Assembly: GCF_001194135.2 (NCBI RefSeq)
Contig: NC_068981.1
Coordinates: 9,047,508 to 9,111,507, forward strand
Length of the DNA stretch: 64,000 nucleotides
From: Octopus bimaculoides
Lineage: Eukaryota
Direction: 5' to 3'
Shown piece by piece: positions 34,577 through 46,729 of the stretch. Below the pieces are notes generated by a model that was given only the letters and a program-made list of their open reading frames with translations, made no database searches and was not told the origin of the DNA. The translations under genes were made by a program, and so were the position numbers. How positions within the stretch are numbered: the first letter of the stretch is position 1; each line of letters opens with the position of its first letter.

Positions 34577-35104
34577 ATTACAATAACACTCTCTTTTGTT
34601 CTAAACAAGCTCGCTGTATATTCTCTTCTTCTCTGTCTTCTCATCTTTGTCACCCCCTTGCTGTGTCTCCTCTTCCCATCACTGCTGTTCTAACTAAACC
34701 TCCAACTAAACACTTGAGTCTTTACCTAATTCTTCTTCCTCAGAACTCTTAGCAACCCTATCATGTTTGCCTACAAACCCTGTCTTTTCAATATTCAAGT
34801 TGACCATCAGCTCCATCTGTCCAGTGGATCTGATAAGAGTGTAGTTACTGTCCTTCCCCTCTCATGACAGCAACAACAACAACAGCAGCAGTAGTAGGTA
34901 TAGAAGTAGTATTGTTTAGCTCTTGTTGAGCTGATATACTTTCCAACATTCTTACAGTGATTGAGAAATTTATTTTAAATGACTTGATACCTAGTTCCAC
35001 CATAACAAAACTCAAGATTGGAATAGTGACTTACCAAAACAACACATACATCATTTTAGTCATTTGATATATTAACTGCATGTCATGTTGTTCATATGAT
35101 ATAT

Positions 35105-35355
35105 TAAATGTAAAATACACCATTTTGAGCGTGGCCATTGACAGTACCACCTGACTGGCCTTCTTGCCGGTGGCACGTAAAAGCACCCACTACACTCTTG
35201 GAGTGGTTGGCGTTAGGAAGGGCATCCAGCTGTAGAAACTCTGCCAGATCAGATTGGAGCCTGGTGTAGCCATCTGGTTCACCAGTCCTCAGTCAAATCA
35301 TCCAACCCATGCTAGCATGGAAAGCGGACGTTAAACGATGATGATGATGATGATG
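35105..35355 (+). mobile_element. Young RTE 3' UTR copy with a probable TSD atgtaaaa(aa)tac
   Basis: Tail followed by (GAT)n. Flanks at 35108-35118 and 35353-35365. Confidence 0.88.
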
Positions 35356-35598
35356 TAAAAAATACATTGGTTACGTGATGAAGTAAGCTCTTTGATACCA
35401 GCCTGCCAGGGACCATTCTTCATCCTCTGACACAATTTTTTTGTTTTAAACTGATCTAAATTAAAACCTTCTTCCATCAAAATTTCATGTTAATTTTATG
35501 TTCCATTCACCAGATTAATAATGACCAAAGTCATTTTACTAAATTCTACATTATTTTCAAAATTAATTGAAATAAAGGAATTGTACTTCGAAAGAAAT

Positions 35599-35875
35599 CA
35601 GTGATTCTCAACCATTTTTTTATTTTGTGGACCCCTTTGGTTCCTATTTTACTCTGGTGGACTTTCGAAGCCATTTGATGTTTAAAAAAAATCCTATCAT
35701 GTTTTTGTATGTTTAAATATTAAACATTAAATATTATTAAAAAAATATATAAAAATACTGTTAAAATGTTTTGCTTTTTTGCAGAAATATAATCGATTTA
35801 TTGTTCATAATTTTCGACAACTGAATCCTTATATGGACCCCCAAAGGCCATGTGGACCCTGTTTAAGAACCACTG
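35599..35875. mobile_element. hAT (Charlie-like) MITE
   Basis: TIRs cagtgattctcaacc / gtttaagaaccactg, subterminal gtggaccc motifs, and 8-bp flanks matching at 5/8. Confidence 0.7.
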
Positions 35876-36072
35876 AGTTAAATGTATGTTATAGTGATGG
35901 TCCTCTGATCTGTTGGTTATGTCATATTTTGGTCATCCTTCAGTGGCCAAACGACGAATGTTACTGGTATAAATGGTTGTTTCGTTTCCTTTAATTTTTG
36001 AATATTATTTAAAATAGAAGTAAAAATGTTATTAAAAATGTCAAAATTATCATTTTTTTTTTTTAAATAAAG

Positions 36073-36174
36073 ATTCGAGGAGACACAACATTATGTTTAT
36101 ATAAAACTATGCCAGAGATTGAAGTGAAAGCCAGTGAGATGCAACGATTATTTGTTAAAATTGATCAACTTGAG
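36073..36174 (+). CDS. BLOC1S4: BLOC1S4 exon 3 (IRGDTTLCLYKTMPEIEVKASEMQRLFVKIDQLE)
   Basis: ataaag acceptor after a T-rich tract, gtatgt donor. Corresponds to human LRGDSS...VPRIHAKAAEMRRIYSRIDRLE. Confidence 0.92.
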
Positions 36175-36669
36175 GTATGTTGTTAATCTTTCTTTTCTCA
36201 TTAATTCCTAATCCCTAATCCTCTTTCTATATAGACACTCTTGAAATTCTCTTCCATCCTCATCTTCTCTTCTCTTCAACTTCTTTTACCTTCATCATTC
36301 TTTCTGTTACCCTCATCCTTATTTCTCTTTTCAGCTCCACTCTGATAAGTCTCAACCATTCTTGTATAGTGCAACATGCCACCCCACCCCTACCCCATCT
36401 CTCCTCACCCTCTTATGAAACTTCCCCCTCTATCATCCCTGCCCACTCACTCTCTCCAATCCTCTGTACCACTTATATTCACTCCCTACTTTACCTTAAG
36501 GGTTTATCTGGACACATCTCCACCATCACCATCTCTCTCTCTCTCTCTCTTCCAATTGGAGTAGCCATGTATCTTCTCTTCAGCAAGACACCAACCTCTA
36601 TCTCCCCATTATACTTCAACCCCTCCCCAACTGGCACAAAGCCACTTCCCTCTCATGTTACTGCCCCTC

Positions 36670-36880
36670 CTAGTTGAGGGGTCTTTTGTCTTTTAACTCA
36701 CCTGGTGACTTCACTGGTGCTGGTTCCACATAAAAAGCACTCAGTCCACCCTGTAGAATGGTTGGTATTCGGAAGAGCATCCAACCATAGGAACTGTGCC
36801 AAAGCAGACAATACAGCTTCATAGCATTCCTCTGGTTTTGTTGGCTGGTATGAAAACTGACATTAAATGATGATGGTGAT
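36670..36880 (+). mobile_element. RTE-tail SINE-like copy
   Basis: ggtgctggttccacataaaaagcac..cattaaatgatgatgg. Confidence 0.7.
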
Positions 36881-37122
36881 AAGAGAGAGCAGGAAACAGG
36901 CTGGCTGTTATCCTCAGCTTGTACATAACACAACTAAATACTTTGTAAGATGGCTGTAGATGTGACTGAAATATATATAATTGCTAATCTAATGTGAAAG
37001 GCTCTGGGGCCCAAGTCAAAACACAAATAGCATAAACGTGTCTGTCATGTTGACATCTTCATATGTTAGAAGGGAAAGTTATTAATTATTCCCATTTCTC
37101 TCTCTCTCTCAACATTTTACAG

Positions 37123-37242
37123 GAATTAGTAACAATCGTTTCTAAGAATGTCAGTTTGATGGAAGAGCAAGTGAACAACGCCGAAGCAAAGATGGGTTCT
37201 TTTAGCGGCATCAAGAAGATGATTACCTCTCTTGTTAGTCCA
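37123..37242 (+). CDS. BLOC1S4: BLOC1S4 exon 4 (ELVTIVSKNVSLMEEQVNNAEAKMGSFSGIKKMITSLVSP)
   Basis: ttacag acceptor, gtaagt donor. Corresponds to human MEEQVTKAEAELGTF. Confidence 0.93.
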
Positions 37243-37369
37243 GTAAGTTCCGATGAATTTTTAATCATATTTTCATGATTAATGTGTCTTGGTTAGTTTA
37301 AATAACATCATTCAGCCAATGCTGCAGCAGCATCAATGGTTTTCTCCTTTCTTTGTGTCTAATATTGTT

Positions 37370-37840
37370 TTGATTGGGCCTCACCGAGGCGATGACTACG
37401 GACCGAGACCTTTGGAAATGGGCTGTGCGTGAGAAGACCCGGCAAGCCAAGTAAGATCGTTGCCAGTGCCCCTGGACTGGTTCTTGTGCGGGTGGCACAT
37501 GAGATGCACCATTTTGAGCGTGGCCGTTGCCAGTACCGCCTGACTGGCTCCTGTAGGATTTTCGAGCGAGATCGTTGCCAGTGCCCCTGGACTGGCTTGT
37601 GCGGGTGGCACATAAAAGACACCATTTCGAGCGTGGCCGTTTTCGTGCGGGTGACACGTAAAAGCACCCACTACACTCTCTGAGTGGTTGGCGTTAGGAA
37701 GGGCATCCAGCTGTAGAAACTCTGCCAAATCAGACTGGAGCCTGGTGTTGCCATCCGGTTTCACCAGTCCTCAGTCAAATCGTCCAACCCATGCTAGCAT
37801 GGAAAGCGGACGTTAAACGATGATGATGATGATGATTCAA
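37370..37840 (+). mobile_element. Young RTE 3' end with internally duplicated hairpin modules
   Basis: ORF-end remnant GLTEAMTTDRDLWKWAVREKTRQAK*, repeated modules, and (GAT)n. Confidence 0.9.
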
Positions 37841-37859
37841 GGCAAAGTAGTTTGGTCAA

Positions 37860-39260
37860 GAAGTGGAACAAGGAAAACCTGTCAAACCCCCACAGAGGAC
37901 TCTTCCAATGCTGATGACTATTGAACCATGTGAGAGGAAGGTCTCTGACAGTTTGAAAATCAATAGAAGTTAACAACATCTCTGCTGAAATTTCAAAGGA
38001 TGAAAGCACTAGAGACAACCGTAAGACCTTCAGCAACAAAATCTGTCAGGTTAGTGACTGATCATAACTCTGTCACTGATTACAAGGAAGACAGGTTACA
38101 ACTATACCAGAATTACCACACCATTGATATAACCAGCCATGCAAGTAAAGAAACCCTCAGAATCACTTTGAAAATAATGTGACCCTAGGAAGAACAAACC
38201 ATAGCCAAGAGACAAGCAGGTTTCCCTAATAGTAAAAACATTGCTGAGGAGATATTCCATCCCCTCCATGATAAATTCCTTCAATGCCAAAAGGAACTCC
38301 ACCATGTCTTTATAGATTTTAGGTAGGTGTTTGATAGTGTGACATGATGCTCTATGGGCCATGATGAAGAAATTCAGCAGGAGACATAAGCTGAGCCATA
38401 GTATCCAACATTTCTATACCAAAGCAACCAGTGCAGTACTCTTTCAAGGTACCATCAGAGAGTAGTTCCATAGCACCATAGGAGTCCTCCAGGGTTGCCT
38501 CCTCTTTTCCACATTGAACAGATCATAAGCAATGCTCTTGAAGACCATGTTGACACAGTCAGTGTTGGAGGGAAAAACATTTAAGATTTGTTGATGACAG
38601 TGAGGGTGAGGAAAGTGAAATAGTCGAGCACCTTAATAGAACTTCCACCAAGTCTGGGATGGGAAACAGTGTTGTAAACACTAAATTCACGACAAATATT
38701 AATGTTACCATTTTAACAGACATCTCTGTACAAAGACAGGAAGGCAACAGTTGAAATATCTGGGAACAATTATTACTGGTAAAACGTTAAAAACTGAAAT
38801 CCTTGGAAGAACTTTGCAGACAATGACTATACTCACCAGACTCAAACCAATAAGAAGGGATAGGAACATCACTGAGAACAACAAACTAACACATCTGTGA
38901 ACTCTGGTACTTTCCATCTTTCTGTAGCATGACAGATATGGACTTACATAGCAGACACTGAGAGGAAGATACAGGAATTGGAAGGTCTCTTGTGCTTGCA
39001 CCACATTACCAATGAGCAGGTTTGCAAAACCATCCAGCATCACATTGGTCCCCATGAAGATAGTCTTATAATGGTGAAGAAAAGAAAGGTGAAATGAGAA
39101 TGCCATATAAGATTCAATGGCGATGTGAAAACCATTCTTCAAAGAACTGCAGAAGGGGCTAGAATGAAAGGTGGACAGAGGAAAAGATAGACATCACCAA
39201 GGATTAGACAGATAAATTGTTTGCAGAGATCTGAGCTCTGTTGCACAACTTTGGTCGATG
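37860..39260 (+). mobile_element. Old RTE LINE RT remnant in BLOC1S4 intron 4
   Basis: QAGF..., HHVFIDFR*VFDSV, GVLQGCLLFST and KYLGTIIT-like pieces, with many stops. Confidence 0.75.
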
Positions 39261-39554
39261 GAGAAAACTGTGTTCAGTTTGTCACAACATCAACCCTACA
39301 ATTCCTTCAGAAGTTGAGAATCCAAGATGAGATTTATTAAGTGCTGCTGGGTTTCCATCCTGTAGAATTATATCAAGTATGAGAAACGCCAAGCAGTGTT
39401 TTTCTGTTGGCAAAGCAAAAGAAGTGGTACATGTTGAAAAGATTAAGAAGTAGTATTTTCACTGTTTAATGAAACACACATCGCCTACTTTATTAGGAAA
39501 TAGGATTAATTTTTGTCTACAGAAAGATAACATTTCCTTTGAGCTTTGGTGGAT

Positions 39555-39850
39555 ATATTGTGAAAGTGCATAGTTTAATGGTTAGGGTATTTGGTTCACA
39601 ATTGATAGGTTGTGAGTTCGATTCCCAGCAGTCCATTGTGTCCTCAAGCAAAACACTTTATTTCATGTTGCTTCACTTCACTCAGCTGGCAAAAATTTGA
39701 AGGGCCAGCATTGTTGTGTTTTGTGTCATGCTGAATCTCCCTGAGAATTATGTTGAGGATATTCATGTTTCTAGAGTGCTCTGCCATTTACACGTTCATG
39801 TCATGAGCCGGCAGATCAACAAGAACCACATCATCATAACCAATAGAATG
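39555..39850 (+). mobile_element. tRNA-derived CORE-type SINE, old
   Basis: gcatagtttaatggttagg A-box, gagttcgattccc B-box, gtgtcctcaagcaaaacactt. Confidence 0.65.
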
Positions 39851-40094
39851 ACAGTTATATGGCAGATGTAGGTTTTGGGGGAGCGTTCTGATTTTGCAGT
39901 GGGGGAATTTCTGTGTTAACATTTCAATTGTAATTTATAATAAAGGTTAATCTTTGTCATTGATTTATAAAACCAACACCAATGTGAGTGTGTGTGTGTG
40001 TGTGTGTGCATATGCTTGCATGTGTGTGTTTGTGTGTGTGTAAATTATAATCGTGATCAATGTTTTATATTATTTACATTTTTCTTTTCTCCAG

Positions 40095-40184
40095 AAACAC
40101 AGTGCTACCAGAAATAAATCTCAAGAACAATATCATCCACCAGAGATATTCAACACTTCTGATTTTTTTCCTAAACAATCCTAA
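40095..40184 (+). CDS. BLOC1S4: BLOC1S4 exon 5, terminal (KHSATRNKSQEQYHPPEIFNTSDFFPKQS*)
   Basis: ctccag acceptor. YHPPEIFNTSDFF corresponds to human YEAPVLFRTEDYF. TAA at 40182-40184. Confidence 0.9.
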   Translation, partial: KHSATRNKSQEQYHPPEIFNTSDFFPKQS

Positions 40185-41266
40185 CTATTTCTGTTGCCTA
40201 CCTTTCCCTCTTTCTTTCTCATCTCTTCTCTCTCCCCACCCCCACCTCTCTGTACATAGCTGTGATGAAATCTTAATTCCCTGCATCACTTTTGTTTATA
40301 TAAACAAAACAGCAATGGGACTTTCTTGCCTTGTAAACAAGCTCTTGTCAATTCACACAACTTTTGGCAAAATGCCTCAAAATCATGTTTTCACTCATAT
40401 TTTTGTCTTGTGAGAGAGAGAGAGAGACTGAGAGATAGAGAATAACCACTTTTAGACATTTACGATTGTGATAAATGATTTATTTTATATCTGAAATAAG
40501 TGAGGAAGCAACTCAAAAATTAAATTGAATCACATCATAAATACTGTGTTTTCTATATTTTCTATGATATTAAACAAACTGAGGCTTCTACCATTTCCTT
40601 CAGCATGAAAGTCGATGAGAAACCTACCTTATTCTGTAGAATACAGTGATTTGGGTGTGACAGGATTTTGAGCTAAAAGTGAAGTGACATGCAACTGGTA
40701 AAGCAAACTTGTTGTGTGAGTCTGCTCTCTCATATTTCACATGGAATTAAGGAACTTTGAATGATCCATCATAGCAAACCATTTGGGAACAAGGTTATTA
40801 TAGTTGAATTATCGATATTTAGTAACAATTGGAGTGGATACTAAAACAGGAAATATTGAACAGTAAAGGTGATTGGTTGACGAAATTTAAATCCATTTTT
40901 AAATTGTGTCTCCAGAAAGTTCAGAATATGAAAAAAAAAAAATGGTTAAAAATTATTCCAAACAAAGGCGGTGCCAGAGAAGTGTTTATCATGAGCAGTG
41001 ACATTGTTTCTACAATCTAAAGATCTTTACTTTAATATTTGGCAAAATAAACTTTGTTGGGTTTTTTTTTTCTTTATTTTTTGTCATCAATCAAGGAGTA
41101 ACGGATCAATAAATCTTTAATTTATGAACTGAAAGGATTTGTCAGATATTTCCCCCCTGTTAAGAAATGACATCCCCTGTAAATTTAGAGACAGATATCA
41201 TTCCAACTGAAGTATTGTAGAATCCTGTAAGTGTTTTTTTAATTTTTAGTATTGTAAGCCATAGCA

Positions 41267-41323
<57 letters not shown>

Positions 41324-41332
41324 CATATATAT
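41267..41332. repeat. (TA)n microsatellite; another at 42524-42578
   Basis: Direct reading. Confidence 0.95.
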
Positions 41333-41689
41333 ACTATCCTCTATGGTTCATTTTGGAGCCTAATATTCTTCAGAAGTAAAAAACTTTTATCAAAATAAAA
41401 CATGATTATCAGACAAATTTCTTGTAACTTTTTTTAAATTTAATTTTCTGAAAGTTATTGTTTGTCCTTTGTCCAACTCATGCTAGTAAGTTGCTCTGTG
41501 ATCATTTCGATATCTGACATGCGACAACCATTGCACCTGTACGAGTAATGTCAATCTGATGGAGGGAGGGAGCTTATGTCCACACAAACATTGGATCACT
41601 ATAAACGAATCATATATATGCATTATCAGTAAATCAAAAGTCTGAAAGAGAAGTACACTCTAAGCTATAGAGCAGTAGAGTAATTAAAG

Positions 41690-42370
41690 ATAGTTATGGC
41701 CGATCTATGAGGTTACCCAGAGTTTCACGTCCATAAAGCACTTAGCTTTACAACGTCTTGTCAGACCCTAATGGTCAGTGGCCTATAACCTCTCTTCAAA
41801 GTGGAGGAAGAACAGACCTCGTAGCTTGTTGTTGAACACACAAAGGAGCAGTGCCTCCAACCATAGATCCTCATTTAGGATTCCACAGAGACAATATGCC
41901 ACATCCTTGGCCAGCTGTGTGTGGTGCCTGAAGGACAAAAAGACTCCACATGTAATCTCATGGGAGATCCTAGAAAAACTAGGTCCCTAAATCAACTGGA
42001 GCAAACATTTTGAGCTGTGCATATCTGAACGGGTGAGAATATTAAAGAACTTCCTCAACCCAGAGAACATCTTAAATTCCAGGACGGAAGTCTTTGGACC
42101 CTGCTTACATTTCAGACGGTTCCAACTGAAATCCTGGGACCTGCAAGCTGACCGGGTAGATTCGGGATAGCGGTCTAAGGGAGACAATCCCTGGTGCTTA
42201 CTCCTTTTCCTTTATCTGTGTGTTCAACAACTAGCCACAGGCTCTTTTCTTCCTCCACTTTGAAGAGAGGTTATAGACCCCTAGCCATTGGGGTCTGTCA
42301 AGATGTAAAGCTAAGCGTTTTATGGCCACAAAATCCTGGTAACCCCATAAACCGGCCATAACTATCTAAA
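41690..42370 (+). mobile_element. Penelope-like element 3' end with an inverted pseudo-LTR copy at its 5' side
   Basis: NHRSSFR..ATSLA.CVW.LKDK...ISWEILEK..ELCISERVRIL...LNSRTE (GIY-YIG C-terminus). 41690-41860 is the reverse complement of 42205-42370. Confidence 0.8.
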
Positions 42371-42519
42371 TTTATGTATATATATATATATATATAATCA
42401 TAAAATATGTATTTTATAATTATAAATGGTTTTACCGATAAAGGTTTTTTCATACTGAACTACTTGGCTAAATTGTTAATTATTAATTTTATTACTAATT
42501 GACGATTCCCTGCCCTATA

Positions 42520-42587
<68 letters not shown>

Positions 42588-43019
42588 AAAGAACAGTTAA
42601 AAGCAGTATCAATCATTGCCCAAAATATTCATTCTCAGAACTTTTTCAGAAATCCTTATATCACATCACAAGACTGTAACAACCAGATCACTGAGAAAAT
42701 ATTTTGAAATGTAAACAGCAGAATTCAGATTTAAATAGCTGGAAAATAAGAATAATTGAAATCAATAAAGACTTCAAATATCAGGTTGGTACGTCATTAT
42801 AGGAATTTGGCCAGAACTTGTTTGATAAGTATTGCATTATTTATCAATCTAGCCATCCAGCAACTCATAAAAGCTTAGGTTTGTAAAGCAGGAAACAGAG
42901 AGACAGGATATCTACACCTCAAAGAACCTATGTGTGTATGTATAGTTAGAGAAGCCAATATACGTCTTTCTCTTTCTCCTCTCTATATATATACATACAT
43001 AAACGAAGAGTCAGAAATC

Positions 43020-43660
43020 ATTGACCTAACTTTGAAGACGAAAATTGTGGTCTACGAAGCTGTTGTCATAGCAACACTCTCCTATGGTTGTGAAACCTGG
43101 ACTTTGTATCGCTGTGACATCATAAAAACTCAAACACTTTCATCAAGTGAAACTTCGCTCTCTCTTGAACATCACATGGTTTGACTATGTCCCCAATAAC
43201 TCTGTGATGGAAAAAGGTGAAGAGCCAGAGCATCGAATCCCTAATCATCAAACATTACCTTCGATGGGTTGGCCATATCACCTGGAGATGTACGATGAAT
43301 GGCTTTCTCTTCAAATCCTCTGCAGCGAACTGGCAACCTAGAAAAGACAAAGAGGAGTCCCTCCTCTTCAACGCTTCAAAGATCAACTAAAGTTAACTTT
43401 GAAGTAGACCAGCTTCGATCTCCTGACTTTTGAGACGACCATAACCAACCGTCTCGACAAGCGATGAAACAAACAATAATGTAATATTGTTTGAAGGAGA
43501 AAAAATATAAAAGAAAAAGAGAAGAGACAACAGCAACAGAAGAAGACCAGACAGCAATGACTACGACTGACTCTGATGTTCACATGTAGTCAATGCAACC
43601 GTGTGTTCTACGTCAGGATTGACTTCGTTAGCCACCAGCATTAATGGTCCTAACATTCAT
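43020..43660 (+). mobile_element. RTE (BovB-like) C-terminal remnant with a C2H2-like tail
   Basis: LKTKIVVYEAVVIATLSYGCETWTLY...FTCSQCNRVFYVRIDFVSH. Confidence 0.8.
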
Positions 43661-43964
43661 CCAGGAGGAGAAATCAATCCTTGGATTCGAGGGACGAGCT
43701 GATGACAATATACAAACCTTTATATATGTATAAACATACACAAAGGAATAAATGTAATGTTAAACTTAGAGAAAGTCAGGAGTGGATTGAGTGATAGGTG
43801 GAGTATTTTTTTCATTCTGTAAAAAGCATTACGGGGAAATAGACAGTACATGGATTACTAGAAATAGGAGCCAACTCGCACCCCACCACCCCAACCAGCC
43901 ATTCCGTTTTCATAAAATAAGTGTACAGTTAACTGCGGAATTGTCAAATTAACCTGGAATATTA

Positions 43965-46010
43965 TCAAGATCAAGGTACAGCTCCTGGATTGGATAATAT
44001 TCCAGTTGAAATTCTGAAAGCAGGTGGGGATCATATTTCATNNNNNNNNNNTCAAGATCAAGGTACAGCTCCTGGATTGGATAATATTCCAGTTGAAATT
44101 CTGAAAGCAGGTGGGGATCATATTTCATCTGAAATTCATAACCTGATAACTCGAGTTTGGAATGAATCTTTTGTCACAGGAATGGATAAATGGCATTCTA
44201 ATCTCTGTATACAAAGGTAAGGACCCAAAGGCAGTGTGTGGTAATTCTAGAGGGATAACTGTCTTGGCACATACCGGGAAGATACTTTCAAGGATCATGT
44301 TGGATCGTCTCGTTGCAAATATGTGTCCACATTATTCCTGAAGAACAGTTTGGTTTCAGACCTGAGCGAGGAACAATGGACATGGTATGTTCTGTGAGGC
44401 AGGTTCAAGAGAAATTCTTTGAGGAACAAATTCCATGATACCAGGTCTTCGTAGATTTAACTAAGGCATTTTACACAGTAAACAGGGAGGCACTGTGAAT
44501 CGTTTTGTGTAAACTTGGCTGCCCAGTACATTTTGTGAGGTTCTTTAAGGAACTACACAAAAACATAAAAGCTCAGGTAGTCTTTCATGGTGAGCTATTT
44601 CATGAATTGTTGGTGGACAACGGTCTCAAACAGGGAGATATTCCTACCCTAGACTTTTCTCTATTTATTTTGCTGCATTGTTTTAGTATGCTTTCAAGGA
44701 TTGCAACAGGGGAATCGAAACCAGATTTCAGGCATTTGGTCGCATTTTTAATCTGACCTGGTTTAACTGCAAAGCAAAGACTTTTAAAACACTTGTAAGA
44801 GAGTTACTTTATGCTGATTTGATGGCACACTCAGAGGAGGATATGCAATATATAATGGACAGATTTTCCACTGCATGTGTACATTTCAGACTCACAATTA
44901 GTCTTGGGAAAACTAAAGTAACGTTTACTTCTGCGCCAGGACAAATATATTCTGAACCAAATATTTTTGTGAATGGAACACGGTTAGAAGTCATTGGCAC
45001 CTTTGTTTACCTTCGAAACACACTGTCAAGGAATGGTGGTCTTGATGCAGAGATATACTATCGAATAGGAAAGGGAAGTGTTGCATTTGGAAAGCTCGAA
45101 AAGTGAGTGTGGGTGGATAGAAGTATTTCCCTGCAGACAAAAATCAGTGTCTATAAAACGTGTGTATTGACTGCACTTCTTATTCGAGTGAGATGTGGAT
45201 CACTTACAGGTGTCCTATGAAAATGCTGGAGAGATTTCATCAAATGTGCCTCAAACGTATCCTGGGAGTCAAGTGGGAATGTTTCATACCAGATACAGAA
45301 GTTTTGCGCATGACACCTAGTTCAATTAAACACCATGTTATCTTGGCTCAAATAAGGTGGACTGGACATGTTATTAGAATGAAAGATGAGTGATTGCCAA
45401 AGCGTCTTTTTCATGGTGAGCTCAGCTCTGGTAAGTGACCACAACGTAAGCCGACGAAAAGGTATAAAGATTGTATGAATGAAAACCTGAAGAAACTAGA
45501 TATGAACAAAAGTGATTGGAAAAATGATGTTCTGGATCGGAAGGAGTGGAGAGGTGCTGTTAAGACTGGTTGCAATGCCTGGGAGGAAAAAATGATTCAG
45601 CACTCTGAGCTTAAAAGGGTCTGTCGCAAAGGAACAATTGAGACTGTAATCAACAGTGAACATTGAATATGTATTATGTGTGATTATGTTCTGTTGTCGA
45701 AAGCAGGGAAAATCGTAATGCTCAGATATGTAATGATCTTGAACACCAACCGCTTCTTACGACTTGTGTCATGTGTCACAAAACTTGTAAGACAATAGCT
45801 GGACTTAAAAGACATCTGCTAGTTCACAAAAAGATTCCTTCAGAATCAGATTCCAAAGGACAAAGATGTAAAAGAAAGATGAATAATATCTGTCACTTGT
45901 GTTTTAAAGCCTGTCAATCAGCAGCTGGTCTCAAAAGTCATCAATGGAGGGATTGTGCTGTGTGGTGGTGTGTGGAGTGTGTGTTGATGGGGCGGCTATC
46001 ATCTGTCAAG
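43965..46010 (+). mobile_element. RTE (BovB-like) LINE: RT plus C-terminal C2H2 finger array, decayed
   Basis: APGLDNIPVEILKAGG, EEQFGFRPERGT, VFVDLTKAF, GLKQGD, ELLYAD, IRWTGHVIRM; fingers at 45670-45940. Confidence 0.92.
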
Positions 46011-46729
46011 ATGAAGCAATCATCACCTATGTATGTTTGTATGTATGTATGTGTGTTTTTATGTCTGTGTTTACATCCCCGTTACTTAGTGGTTCGACAA
46101 AAAAGACCGATAGAGAAAGTACTATACTTTAAAAGTATGGTGCAAATGTTTCACTCCTGCATTTGGTTCATTAATCTCTAAGTAGTGTTTATGTTTTCAG
46201 TATTGTTGACCCCCGCCAGATACAATAGTGCTGCCCAAGAGTGGAAGACATAATGGCATCCGTTAGTTAGCTGATGATAGGTGTATATATTTCGTGTGCT
46301 TATTGACTGCAAATCCTTTGTATCTTGTGTTCTTGGGGTTCTAACTTATTACGAAAACATAATTAAATATTATAAGAGTCTAAACGAAATATAAAATAAT
46401 TAATAATAACAATAACGAAATATACATTATGAATTAAAATAATCTTGTACTAAGTTAGAAAAAGTGTTCTAGGAAGGGAGGCACAGGATAAGTGAAAACA
46501 TGAAAAATTGCTACCCAGAACCAAAACATTTTGAGAAAGTGTTTCAGTAATCGTTTGAAGTTTTTGTAGATTGCAAAGTAGTAACCTTCTCTACGGTGCA
46601 AACAGGGTGTATTTTGTTCTTTTGATGTATAGTCTGTTGTTTTCTCTTTAAATCTTCATCTGTTTTGTTCTCTTCCAGTTGCCAGAAGTATTTCGATAAA
46701 GTCTAAAGAATTTTTCTCTTTATCTCTAA

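Noticed and set aside
37430-37680. Repeat-spacer-like pattern resembling a CRISPR array
   Set aside because: The context is a eukaryotic LINE UTR, there are no unique spacers or cas genes, and the units are degenerate modules.
41600-42520. Hammerhead ribozyme expected in the Penelope pseudo-LTR
   Set aside because: Only partial cores (ctgaaagag..ctc, ctgataa..) were found, with no intact CTGANGA...GAAA geometry.
43965-44128. Exact 77-bp direct repeat at the start of the RTE
   Set aside because: Same 10-N gap artefact.
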